Part shown: positions 13,960 to 27,100 of the stretch, in pieces
How positions within the stretch are numbered: the first letter of the stretch is position 1
How the letters are laid out: every line of letters begins with the position of its first letter
NCBI GenBank assembly: GCA_964188305.1
Contig: OZ076902.1
Origin: Podarcis bocagei
Taxonomy: Eukaryota
Reading direction: 5' to 3' (one strand)
Length of the DNA: 64,000 nucleotides
The notes under the pieces: generated by a model
What the model saw: only the letters and a program-made list of their open reading frames with translations
Database searches by the model: none
Told to the model about the DNA's origin: nothing
Translations under genes and position numbers: made by a program

Positions 13960-15665
13960 TTCTGCAGTTTACTATTTAACAGTTAAGACTGATGAGACAA
14001 ACAGGATGAGTGAGGGCTGATGTTGCAGTGAGATTGTGTGATGAATTGCTTCAGGTACTGAGGAAAAAGGAAGAGGAAGTTGCAGTGAGAATTCAAAAGC
14101 TGGCAGGAGGAGTAGAGAATGAGGGGGGGAGAGAGAGCTTGCAATAATATTCTGGAAAACGGGAAGGAGGAATCGGGGTTCAGATGTGCCAGAATGGGCA
14201 TCAAGCTGAGAGCTTCAATGTCTTCATAAAGTAGCATGCTTGCCAGCAGAACTAAATAAAAATGTACTTCAAGGACTGTGGAAAGACACTCAGGAAAGGG
14301 CATTCTAGAGACTCACTGAGTTCAGGGTTTGTGAAGCCATTTAGCCTCTGTAAAGACTCACAAAAGGAACAGCTGATCATGGACTGATTTCCAGATTGCT
14401 TGATGGAAAAAGTGAAGGATCTGAATCTACAGTGTTGTGTACTGCACTTCTTAGAAAAGCCACTTCCCCTCTTCTCGCCAATTCGTCTTATCTCACACAA
14501 ACATGAACATCTTGCTGCTGATAAGTAAAGAGTTGATCCATCCCAGAAAAAAGTGATGTGTGTATATGTGGCCTCTCCATCTCCCATGATTAGCTTATAG
14601 TTTCGCTTCTATAGATCAGTGCCCTGCAATTATCAGTTTGAAGTCTGGTCAATACCAGAGGCAGTAATTTAGGAGGGGATATTCCTGCTGAGCTCTGAGA
14701 AGCTCTGAAAAGTTACTTTGGGGAAGATGATGCATGGAGAAAATGTTCATTCGTAAGGCAATGGGTCCTTACGACTGTTAGGTGCCCGCAGTTCCTTAGC
14801 CTTGGGAGCTACTATTCATGGATTGAACAGAGAGTGGCTAGATAACAGAGTTACCTAATTACAAAACTGCCGGTTTAAAATTGTTATCTGTCACATCAAA
14901 AGAAATAATGATATGCTTTTGTTGAATACAATTATTGAGCTATAACTGCGGACCAAATTTTGTTTCCCAAGAGTCCATGGCAACATTTTACGTTGCATCT
15001 ATTTTACCAGATGCATGAAATCTAGTTGAATTGTTGCCAATCAAGAGACTGTTAAATAGGAAGAGGAAGGCTGTAGTTTTGGATTTTCAATTTATGGTGG
15101 AATCAATACATATTGCATGCAAGTTTGTAAGGAAATATAACATTTGGTGGGAATTCTTCTATCTTCACTGTTGTTAATACTCCTGGTAACAGGAATTTGC
15201 TGTGAACAGGGGCATTATATTCTGGTTGGGTGCTCATAATCAAATTATGCTCTTTGTCTGTATGCAGTGAACCTTTATTCTTTATTAGACAAACTCCCAC
15301 AGAAAGATAATGTACCTTTTCATTTTGGAAGGATCATGCTGCCCCCTCCCCATGTTTAATTTTCTTTTGTTAAGCAAACATTTATTGAGATCTAATGATT
15401 TTCCCACTGCTGACATTCTTGTAGTCTTTGGTTTATGGATTAAAGCTTTGAATATAGATTGCTCTTCTGTACAGGACAGAGCAGTTTGTTTGGTTTTCGT
15501 TTTGACTTGGGATCTCAGCTCAGTTCTTTCTTTCTCAAATGTGAATATCATGTGTTTTGAATGTATTATTCTGGTTTATGTAGTTTTGCTTGCAGGGGTA
15601 TACAGTTTTTGGTGGACCAAGTAGTGTTTGTTTGTTTTTTACAACACTCCGCCCTGGGGCATGGT

Positions 15666-15760
15666 AGTGTGTAGGTGTGTAGGTGTCACTGTTTGACACC
15701 TACACACCTACACACTGTTTGACACATAGCACTGTTTGACACCTACACACTGTTTGACAC
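15666..15760. repeat. Perfect 23-bp inverted repeat plus four CACTGTTTGACAC direct repeats
   Basis: Arms 15666-15688 and 15694-15716, 5-nt loop. Confidence 0.9.
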
Positions 15761-17679
15761 CTAGCACCTTCCAGCAGTGGTACCAAACAACCCTCCCCGT
15801 TAGCCTTTCCTAAGGGAAGGGCCGCTAAAAAAATAGATTGGCTGCTTGGTCACTAGTACCGGAAGAGATAAAACCTAATGGAAAACACAGATGTTGAGCT
15901 TTGCAATAGAAATGTAATAAATCTGAATCTCTCTCCAGTTCATGCAACCCTGTTCCCTAAATGACTGAGATTTTTATCAATTTGGGGAAAAAAATAGCAG
16001 CCACTGGACAAGATTCTTTGTCTAATTCAGCCTTCCTCAACCTGGTGCCTTCCAGATACTTTGAACTACTACTCCTGTCACCCCAGCCAGCACAGTCATA
16101 TGATGCTAAGGTGGATGGGAGCACAGCAGAGCTGGCTGAAGCTGGCAGGAGTTGTAGTCCAAAGCACCTGGAGGGCACTCGGTTGGGGAAGGCTGATTTC
16201 AATAATAACCTGGTAGCCACAGGTGACAGGGAATTCTGTGCAGGTGATGGCAAAGGAGCCAAAACATCTATAGGGTATGAGGTTTGTGAAGGCTAGTTAA
16301 ACTTCAGTACAGTGATGGCCAAACTTCTGGAAAGCATGTCAGAAGTTTGAAACGTACCGACCCCCCCCCCCCTCCATCTCCCAGCTTTCATTTTGCCTAA
16401 GGGAGAAACATGTACTGCCAACTGAAGAGACAGTGAGGTATGTAGGTCTGACTATGCCATGGGGGCTCATGTCTCCATCCAAGATTCAGGGCATCTTGAA
16501 AGAGAAGCGTTTTGATAATTTTTGCTCAAGAATCTTGTCACAGAAAGGAACTTCTTCCAGTCAGTTCCGATGCCCATCTTTTGTTTCTGGGGCTAGCTAA
16601 TAATTCTTCAGGCAGTCATGTCACATTTTTCTGAAGTGACTGCTGTCTCTCATTAGAAGTTACTGCTGTGGTTACAATAGAGGTAATCTGATATAATATG
16701 AAATTGTCCTGGATCATTCTATATATATATTTGTATCAAAGTTGTTTAAGGTTAAAGAGAAGGACAAAGAACAGTAATAAGACAATAAGATGGTTGAAGG
16801 AATTTTTCTATATAGAGATGCTCAGAGCAAAGTTCAAAATGGGTTGCAAAGGTAATAAAAAAAGAGGCAGCCACTCATTTCTCAAATGCTATTTCGGACA
16901 GCTGTGCACTTCACCACTACACACACCACTACGTTTACTTTTTTTTGGAAAGTAACCTCTGTCCAGAGAAGAATAAACTGACAGTATCCAGTCCAAGGGA
17001 AAGCTCCTAAAACTAGATTTTCTCCTTTATTGTGTTTAGCCCTTGTTTATTTTAGGAAGGCAAATTAAAAAGTCACAGGCGTTTAATGTTCCCCATAAGA
17101 GCCTTTGCTGGACCTCCTTTTTAAACCTGTGAATATATAATATTATCAGCTTTGCAAAATGGATAACTATCCATCTTTGTGGACAGAAAGATGAACACTG
17201 CATGAAGTCCAGCTCTCCAGAATGAAGATTTCATCTATGCCCAGAAAGCTCCCTTGGTAGTCAGATAAATTGCTACATATTTGTGACTAAAGTTTCACCT
17301 GTTGTGTTGATAATTATAGGATAGAGCTGAAACTTCTGCTTTGATTTAGGATCACTTTGGAAATCTCTGGGGAACCGGGCCCATCAACCTCCTCTGTAGG
17401 AGGAATTCTGTATGCATCATCTGTGCTTCATTCGCAAGGCACAGAGTTGCAAAGCTCTGGTCTTCAACTTGGAGTTGTCTTTCATCACTTGGTGGTGGGT
17501 ATTGTGGCTTGGCCTGCATAGACTAAGCTTCAGTCAGTAGTACTAGTGGTTTGAGTGTGACTCCATCAGATACATGCATTTTGTTCTATTTCTGCTACAT
17601 CATTTTTACCTAAAACCAAGGTCTGAAGCAGCTTGGATTGTAAAAAGCAAAACAACCTTTCTCAACCTTTTAAGAAATA

Positions 17680-17926
17680 CAGTGGTACCTCGGGTTACAT
17701 ACGCTTCAGGTTACAGACTCCGCTAACCCAGAAATAGCGCTTCAGGTTAAGAACTTTGTTTCAGGTTAAGAACAGAAATCGTGCTCCGGCGGTGTGGCAG
17801 CAGCAGCAGCAGCAGCAGGAGGCCCCATTAGCTAAAGTGGTGCTTCAGATTAAGAACAGTTTCAGGTTAAGTTTCAGGTTAAATTAACTCCAGAACGAAT
17901 TAAGTACTTAACCCGAGGTACCACTG
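17680..17926. mobile_element. Tc1-mariner/pogo (Tigger-like) MITE
   Basis: TIR CAGTGGTACCTCGGGTTA at both ends, TA TSD; second copy at 42234-42479. Confidence 0.88.
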
Positions 17927-19389
17927 TATCAAAGTGGAATAACAATTCAAGGAGGAAGATTAAAACCATAATTTAGGATTGATAGATGAAGCCAGCAATC
18001 AAGAGGCACTGTTCAGCACATGTAGGTCTGTTTTGCATGCAATGCAAAACCATAATTCAGTGCTATGTTCATGAGAAGGATTATCACACCTTGACCTCTC
18101 CTCCAGTGACCTTTCCTCCAGTGTGGCTGAGGAGAGGAAATTGAACAGCTTTGCGCCTGCCTTTTAAATTTCCAGGGTTCTTCTGAGCTCAGGAGAACAA
18201 ATCATTTAAACGAAGCTTGGGGAAATGGACCTGACTACAGGACCAGATCCAGAAGTGGCCAGTCCTCCATAGACAAATGTCACCTGACATCACATGCCAT
18301 CAAGTGATTCAAACTGTAAGCCATTGCTTGAATTCAGGCTGTGATTGCAAAGGGAGAATTGGAAGTACACTCTTAATAGTCCTCTTGATCCTTCCTTTCT
18401 AGCTTGAATTTGATGCTTTTTGGTGGTTTTTTCTGCTGCTGTGCATGGCAACAAAAAAAGTTCCGAATTCAAGCAGTGGATGGAAAGGAAGTGTGATCCT
18501 GATTCTTCCTTTTGAATTTGGTGCTGCAACATCATCTGTTCAGCACCCTCACTGGTTCAAATTAACTACTTCCTTTAGTTGGACATAACCCTGGTTTAGA
18601 AACAAATGCTTCCAATTTCCTTCTTGAGGCTGTGTCAGAGTGAGGAGTGTGTGATCCTGAGACCTGCTGCTTCTCAAAGGACTGGTGCATGTGAAACAGG
18701 CCGTTTTTGTGTGGCACTGACTCATACTTTGGCCTGGGCCTGTGGCACACTTAGCACTTCTTTTTAAAATCCCTTTTTAGTATGCCTCTTTAAAAATGCA
18801 AAGTTTGCTTTCAGTGACATGCAGTAAGTTTTCCCACAAGTACTTTCCTTAGCTCATGGCCTGTACAGACTAATTGATACAGTTCTGTTGCGTTCTAGCT
18901 TTTGTTTATTTCAGGAAGACTATAAAAATAAAACCTAAATTCTTATAATGCCATTTAATAACTACTGTGTGTGAAATGCAAGATAATGAAATGTGCAGTA
19001 AGAATTATTCCATTATACCCGCAAAGTGGAAACGAGCCATCTCATTCTCGGGCGTGATGTCAGACTTTAATGTTTGCCAAGTAGGAATTTACTCATGCTT
19101 CAAAAAAAACTGCTACCCCACTGGAAGTATTTAGTGAAAGCCACACAGGCTGCAGTGATGGAAAGGACAAATCTGTCACAATGGCATTTTATCCTCCACG
19201 GGTAAGGAGGAATAGAAATGCTTTATAGAAGTTCAAACAAGGAAGGCGGTGAATACTGTGCAAAGAAGGGATAATGAAAGTTTGAAAGCTGGAATATTTG
19301 CATGTGTCCAAGTTTGAAAATATGAATGCATGTAGCTTTCTTAATACTGAGTCTGATTATTGGTCCATGTACCCCAGTATTGTCTAATA

Positions 19390-19480
19390 TTTTGTTGGAA
19401 GCCATCCATAGTGGCTGGGGAAACCCAGCCAGATGGGCGGGGTATGTATGTATGTATGTATGTATGTATGTATAATAATT
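19390..19480 (+). mobile_element. L2-type LINE 3' end with (TATG)n tail
   Basis: Reverse complement of the 3' end of the L2 fragment at ~40050-40110. Confidence 0.6.
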
Positions 19481-20335
19481 TTATTTTATTGGAAATATTT
19501 ACTTGTTAAATCTGGGACCTTCTGCATCAGGGTGGTCCCCCCAGATGTTGTGCTCTAACTCACATCATCCCTGCATAGCCAGAAATCAGAGTTGTTGGGA
19601 GTTGTAGCCCAGCAACATCTTGCGGGGTGGGGTGGGGGACATAGGCTTCCCATCCCTCACCTACATTCTAAGCATGTGCTCTACCACTAAGCTAAGGCCT
19701 AGTACATGAATCATAACTGAGACGTTCATGGCTATTTTAAAAGCCCATCAGGACAACTATGGGGACATGGGAGATTGATTATCTATTAATTAATTAATTA
19801 ATTAATTAATTAATTATTATATTTAATTATATCCTGCCTTTTCCCCTCACAGGGATGCAAGGCGACTTAAGGCTAAACTAGGAGGACTTGTGTTATCAGT
19901 GGAAGCTGTCTTAAGAATGTTCTGTTTTTCAGCATGTCATCATCACATGCATCCCTGTTTGCTTGAGATACCACTTAAGAGCTTGTGACAAACATAGAGC
20001 GCAATGCTGTGTATATTTTCTGAGAATCTAGCCTGGCAAGGGTTCCTCTCAAGGAAGCATGCACAGGGTTGCAGCTTTTGAAGAGTAGCTTGAACAGTTT
20101 GTCATATTCGTAAGCAAGTGGCGCTTAAACTAGTTTCTCGCGTGAGAATTAAAAGGCAGGTGTTTTGAGAAATTAACTGGGTTGGGGAAACTGAGCTGGG
20201 TCTGACTGCCAATATCCACAGGGTACATGGTTGTAAATATACATCCTGCAAAACTGATTTCAAATAATTGTTAGTGCGTGTGTTCATTTTATATACCTTT
20301 GTATGCAAAGTGTTGTGTAATATTTATTGTGTCAG

Positions 20336-20380
20336 GCATCATCATGTGGAACAAGCCACTGACATTTCGGTGCTCAGGAA
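20336..20380 (+). other. MTMR3: Probable MTMR3 5' UTR exon 2 (45 nt)
   Basis: Bounded by TGTGTCAG| and GAA|GTGAGC. Resembles, from memory, the short second UTR exon of mammalian MTMR3. Not verified by alignment. Confidence 0.5.
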
Positions 20381-21710
20381 GTGAGCCTAATGGCCTGTTC
20401 AGACAGTTTCCTTTTTTTCCCCCTTTCCCCACCTGATGGAGTTTTTGCCAGTTCTGTTTTTGTTTTCTCCTCTTGTGGGGAAGAAAAGTTGAAACTTAGA
20501 AACAAGTGTGTGGGTGAAGAAATGACTGCAGAAGCAACAGCTCTGGGGAATGTCTTGGTCTGTCCTTTTAAATGAAAGTCTTGCTCCATGACCACAACTA
20601 TCTCCACCCAGACCATGTCTAGTCTCTCCCTTCCTTGTTTTCAGCAAAATATGTTTTCAGGATTTTGCATCAACCCTTATGAAATAGATATATTGGAAAG
20701 GAGAAGGAGGTGCACTCAGGCATTGCTCCATTGTGCCTAGTTACAGCTCTGTGACCTCCTGAATTACTGCCTGTTGTGCAGATTCAGAGGGTTTTAAATA
20801 GCAGTCAAGTCAAGACAATCTAACCTTACCTGAAAGGGAGTGCTGTACAAGTTCGTAATCTTTCCATCATTAGACAAAGGTTTCAGACTAGCTAAGACAC
20901 TAGGTTTTAATGGACCGTTTTAGTGGCAGGATGGCTCACAGGTGGAAACATAAAAGGAAAGTTGTTGGGATTGGGAATGGATTGTACTGGACAATGTTTC
21001 TGCTGTAAATATGATGCCAACATATTATGGGGTGTGTGTGTGTATGAATGAAGCAAATTATCAAACTGGTTTGAGAGGACTTTGCCCTGAAAGGGGTCAT
21101 ATAAGTACAATCAGTAAAAATAATTTTAAAAAAATGATATCACTGGATTTTGAGTAAGCACTTGAAATCTACCTTTCGTTCTGTATTTCAAGCTCAGCTG
21201 AGATCACGGCTACCCCCAACTTCCAAAATTATTAATTATCCCTTTATGCAATTGTTCTTGCTTCCTAGAGATAAAGTGAGCTCCAAACGGGTACAAGCTA
21301 CTGAAAAATACATTTTAGGGCATGGACGTCTTGAAAGCAGTGCTAAGATTAGAAGAATGGATGAACTGGAGAGTTAGAAATAACAGTTTACCTTTACTGC
21401 TTAAATGCTATTTTGGGATGAAGGCTGTTCATTTCTAGTATTTATATTTTGCTGTGGCTAGTTAAGCAGGCTTCTGAGGTGGCATACACCAAATAACCAT
21501 GAATTCAGTTTGATTACAGCATGGCCTTTCGTTCTTTCTGCTTTCAGTTTGAAGTAACAGAACATTGAACCAACGCCTGGAATTTTTGGAAGGAATATTC
21601 TGGTACTAGCTGGTAAGTTAATAGATGGTTAGCAAAAAATGAAGCTTAAGCATCTCAGCTTACTGTGTTGAACCTTCTGGTAGTCCACATCTGCAGAATG
21701 TGAATGTATG

Positions 21711-21836
21711 GGGAAGGGCCGCACCTCAGTGTTAGAGCATGTGCTTTGCATGTACAAGGCCTGCAGTTCAGTCCCTGGCATCTCCAGGTATGACTGGGAA
21801 AGAACCCAGCCTTAAACCCTGGCGAACTACTGCCAG
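21711..21836 (+). mobile_element. tRNA-derived squamate SINE (Squam3-like)
   Basis: A/B-box-like head CTCAGTGTTAGAGCA...CAGTTCAGTCCCTGGC; related minus-strand copy ~6340-6440. Confidence 0.6.
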
Positions 21837-24030
21837 TTGATTAGCAAAAGACACAAGGGTGTGCCCCCATTTGTGGCATATTTCTGTGCACAATTGGAGG
21901 TATTCCATATGATTACGAAGGCAGAAATAGGGAGTAGCAGCTTGTTCTGATTCATCTGGTGGTAACCTTGTTATGGAGCTATTCATTTCGCTTTTCAGTT
22001 GAGCCAACTATGTGGACCAAAAAGCTTTCCACTCTTATCTGCTTCATCCTGTAGCCTCTACTCCATTCAGTCTCCAGTTAGGAAGGACTGACATAGGCTT
22101 TGTACGTGAAGCTGTTATGATTCTGCCCCCTTCTAATCTTACTTTGTTCTGTATTGTCTTGGATTATGTCATGAAGTATGGATAGGCATTAGGTGAACAT
22201 GACAGCATTGCCTGTGGTAATATTTCAGTTGCGAGCATAACTGCCATGAATACGTGTGTGTGTGTGTGTGATGCACCATTCAATGTGAATGGAATTTCAC
22301 AGGTGTGGGCAGGGTTAGCCCCACCTTCCACACATCAGATAGCTTCAGCAGTGCATGGTCTGCATGCTATGTTGGAGGGGCAATCAAGCTGCAAATCTGA
22401 GCCATACCAGTCTCTGCAGTCCTGTTTCCTTGCACTTACAGGATCAGAAGTTCTTTGCTACTCAGTAAGAATCAGAGTGCCTTTTAGGAAAGCCATGTTG
22501 CCGAATAGATGCTAGTAGAAAGCTGCCCAAAGGCTTCATAAATGAGTTATTATTGAATTTAATCAGACTGCCTTTCCCATATCACCTTGCCCACTGCATT
22601 GGATATAGAGGAGGCCCTTCTCTATGTCCCATCTTTGGGGAAGGATTGTTTGACTGGGATGAGAGTGAGGGCCTTCTCAGTCCACTCAAACTGTTCAACA
22701 CATTAGAAGTCAGGGTGACACACACACACACGCACACACAAAAACAAACACAAACACCACTTGTTAAAGTTAAAGTTGTTGAATACTTTTTTATTTTTAA
22801 GGGCAGGCTTTGCCTTGATGAAGCAGTTTGCTTTATCGGTTCTGCCTTTTGCTATTGTATTGTATTCTACGGTATTTGTGTTTTGTCTTGGTGTTGTAGT
22901 TTTTATTGTGAAACTGTGAACTTGCTTGTTGTAAGCTGCATTGTATAAAAAAATACAAATATTTGCAGCTCCAGTTATTAGGCAGCTCTGATCACGGAAG
23001 AGCTAAAAAGTTAAACAGCAGTGTTTTTAGTTAAATTCTCTTCCTAATACAGTTTAGTTAGACCAATCAATCAAATGTTTATTAAAGTCAACAAACCATT
23101 AAAGAAGCTATAAAAAATGAAATATGAAAAATATGAAATCTCATCCTATTAGTAGCCAAGGTATTTCTCTCCCCCCCCCCAACATATTATGGCCATTAAC
23201 CTAGGCTCTGAATTTGTTGCACAGAAAGCTGGCACAAAATTTTCCTGTAATAGACAATAAATCATTATTAGACTTCTTTCCAGGACTTTTCTTCTAACTC
23301 AGTATTATAATGACTTTCTAACTTTTTAGTTAGGCATAATAGGGAGAGTATTGTAAGCAGCCCTGATTCATTTGAAGGCCTAGTTAGGATATCAGCCTTC
23401 TAAATAAATAAAGTTAAAACTTTTAGAGGGCTATAGGGCTTCTCGGAAGGCTGTATTTCGTAGTGATATTCCAGGTAGTTGAACATATTGCAGAGCTCTA
23501 TGTTAATAGGCTAAATGGCAGCCCACAGAACTGCGTGACTTTGTACTTTTCTTGAGGTTCACTGTTAACAGTGACGTTAAATGTGAATTCATCACCATGG
23601 CAGGTGAGCTTGGTTAATAAATAGAACAGCCAGAATCCAAAGGACTACTTTTGATGTGCCTCAGGAGTTAAGTGCACCCTGCGGGACTTGTTTTTACTTT
23701 TATTCTTTGAATGGCAGATTCCAATACCCTTTTTTCAGAGCTTCAGAAATTGTTTGCTTTGCAGCATGGACATCTGTTATAATGCACGTTCAAATCAGTC
23801 TTTTAAAGAAACCCAGCAACCAAAAATTCAGAACAAATTTGAGTGAGTCAGTTACGCTTTGAAAAAATCAAATGGAGTTAATTAAATGCCTTTGCCTATA
23901 TTTTGTCGTTTGAACTCTGTTTTCTTACATCTGTACTTGAGTTATTTAGAATCCAAGTGAATATCGGTGACTTATTTACTAATAGTAAATGTGTTGTCCT
24001 GTTTACTCACTTTCTAATTTTGTCTTTCAG

Positions 24031-24107
24031 ATTGTTACATGATATACAGCGCTACAGACAATTGAAAGCAGGGACAAGGCTCTGCCTATTAACCTGGCTC
24101 TGTCATG
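24031..24107 (+). CDS. MTMR3: MTMR3 exon 3: 5' UTR plus start codon only (ATG 24105-24107)
   Basis: TGTCTTTCAG| acceptor; ends GTCATG|GTAAGC; ATG joins in phase 0 to DEETQHSLEC. Confidence 0.88.
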
Positions 24108-27100
24108 GTAAGCGTACAAATTCTGTTAAGCTTAATCAGCACAAGGCAGGTTGAAGCATGAGAAAGTGGGGTGTGACCCTTGGATGTATACAGTAGGCTG
24201 TACTACACTTTGGGATTATATTTCATTCAAAGGACAGAGCTGTTTGAAATGAGCAAGGATTGGTACGGCTCGTTTCTGCCCTGTTGAGTACATAATAAAT
24301 AGCTGCCAGGTTCCAACAAAGCACCAGAGTTAGGGATTCAAGTTACTTACAGTACTTACTAACTTTTTCTTTCTCTTCCTGGAGAAGGAAAGTGGCTTTG
24401 ATGTCCCACCCTTGTAGGGTTTTAGGTGTCTAAATCACATCCTTCAGCACAGTTAAAGCACAATTTTTGGCACCTTGTGCACCATAATTTAACTCTGTAT
24501 TTAATATTCATGGGGCATAAATTCAATTTGTCATCACTTTGAAACTAATCTGGAGTTCCATGGACTTAGATTACATTTCTGGGCATCTGACCAGTCCAGG
24601 TGTCAAATACAAGGCTGATCTGCTTTCTCAAAATGGCATCTAAAATAAAGGAAAAAATAAAAAGAGTTGCATACTTTCATATGTTTATCATGAAGTGAAA
24701 AAGATGTATAAAATATATGTTTTGATACTGTTCCAAGTGAGTTTACAATTAGTTACAGTTGTCAGTTATTTAATTTTTTTTTAAAAAGAACCACAAGTTT
24801 TCTGAAGTAGTTCTGAGTGAGTCAGTACCATTAGGCAGGGGAGCGAAGAAAGGGAAGTTTCTTTTGAGTTTTTATTTGTTCTAGTCTATGGTTGTTTTAA
24901 CTTTTTGTTTTAAAACATTGTTGTAAACTTTCCTTGTGATAATGTTATTGTTTTATGTTTTTTGTAAGTAGCTTTCAGGTTTTTTTCTACAACCAAGTGG
25001 TGCATAAATTTTATTTTTTAAAAAATTGTTTATTGTTTATTTAAAATTTCAAGGCATTCCAGACCTGAGTGATACCTCTACAGGCAGCAGGTAGAGGGAG
25101 GTGCTGCTCAGTTCCTGTCATTTGAGTCAGTTGAGAAAGGGGAACTGGAGAGTAGGCCAGCACTATGAACATCCCTTTGCCCTGATCACCACATTTGTGT
25201 GGGCACCAAAAGGCAGCAAGCTAAAGTCTTGTGTGCTCCTGACAAAAAAGCGGTCAGTAGTGTAAGCATAAAAGGATGGTGACAAATTTAAAATTAGAGG
25301 CTTGTAATAGCAAAGCATTTCATTGGTGCATTGCAGTGATTCCCCGTGACCCACCCCATCCCCCCAAAAACTCAGTCAGTGAAAAGATTTAGTATGTATG
25401 GGTGTATAACTGTTGAAATAAACTGCATGATCTGTTTTTTTCAGGATGAAGAGACTCAACACAGCCTTGAATGCATCCAAGCTAATCAGATCTTCCCCAG
25501 GAAGCAGCTGATCCGTGAGGATGAGAATCTCCAGGTAGTCACCCGACTCTCCTTTGCCCTCGCAGCAATGACACATGGGCAGATCTGATGATGCTATTTC
25601 TAGCCAAGATCAGACACTTGATTTATCTTAACTCATGGGACTATTAATTCAAACCCTGTTGCTGCACTTGTGAGCTTGATTGCAAAAGTTATTTAACTGT
25701 GCGTTTCTTAATTGGACGTTTTCCTGCAAACCCATCTGTGCTGTCTGCAGCATGTCTCTGAATGCCATTTGCTGATGGGAGGGCTCCTGTGCTCATGTCC
25801 TGCTTGTGGGCTTCCCACAGGCACCTAGCTGACCATTGTGAGAAGCAGTCTGCTGGATTCAGTAGGCTTTTAGTCTGAGCTGTCAGGGCTCTTATGTCCT
25901 CACTAGGCTTAATCACTTACTTTCAAGGGACCTTCTTTTCCGTCCCTTCACCTTGTTAGAATTAATTCCTCAGCTATACAGTATATATGAAAACCTTGGA
26001 ATTCACACTTTCCTTTCCTCTGTGTCAATTCTACAATTGTTTATAATACAGAAAAACTTCGTGCTTTCAGAAGTAGCTCCACAGGTTTTATTTCTGTCCA
26101 TTGCTTATATAGTCGTACCTTGGTTTTCGAACATAATGCATTCCGGAAGTCTGTTTGAATTCCGAAACGTTCGGAAACCAAGGCGCAGCTTCCAAATGGT
26201 TGCAGGAACATCCTGCAGCCAATTGGAAACTGCGGAAGTTGCGCCAGACGTTCGGTTTCTGAGGCAAAGTTCGCAAACTGAATACCTACTTCTGGGTTTG
26301 CGACATTTGAATTCCAAGTTGTTGATTTCATTTGAATTCCAAGTTGCTTAGTTCCAATGAACTAAGCTGTTAGAAAACCAAAGTACGACTGTATTTCTAT
26401 CCAACTTGATATTGAACTGAGGTGATGTTTCAGCTCTGTAACAGTCCCTTCTTCTACTGCTGGAGCTAATTATTTGGGGCGAATCTCCTTTTGGTGTTTT
26501 AGATCATCTGTGACTCCCTGTTCAGTGTGGAAGGTGGAGACGACTTCTCTACACTTTCACAATGGGCATCTTGCTGAAACAACATGAAAGTGGAAGGCAG
26601 CCACTGCCCAAGGGGTCTTTGGTTGTGGCTGCCTGCCATATTAATGTTGTTTCAGCAAGAATCAACTTACTGTGGGAACATTCAGCTGCAACCGCTTCCA
26701 TCAAAATATGCCCCTCTTAATGTTTTGTGACACGGCTTAAAGCCCTTGTTCTGTCAGGTGTTTACCCAAAGCTTTCTGTGGCTTTTAACAACTACATGCA
26801 CGTCCTTGTCATATTCCGTCAAGATCCGTATGCTTTGCATTTGAGGTGTGAGTGAGTGAACTCCTTGAGAATCCACCATCAACTTGTTTACATAAAACTT
26901 ATTTCCCTCCCCCTTTCAACAGGTCCCGTTTCCCGAACTTCATGGGGAGAGCACTGAATACGTAGGTCGAGCTGAAGATGCCATCATTGCACTTTCCAAC
27001 TATAGACTTCACATCAAATTTAAGGAATCAATTGTGAATGTAAGTCTTCACGTCTGCCCTGGCTGTTCACGGCTAGAGATCTTGCTGGTTATGTGGTTGG

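Noticed and set aside
15687-15760. Repeat-spacer pattern resembling a CRISPR array
   Set aside because: Eukaryotic intron; repeats are 13 bp with 4-13 bp spacers derived from the repeat itself; no cas genes.
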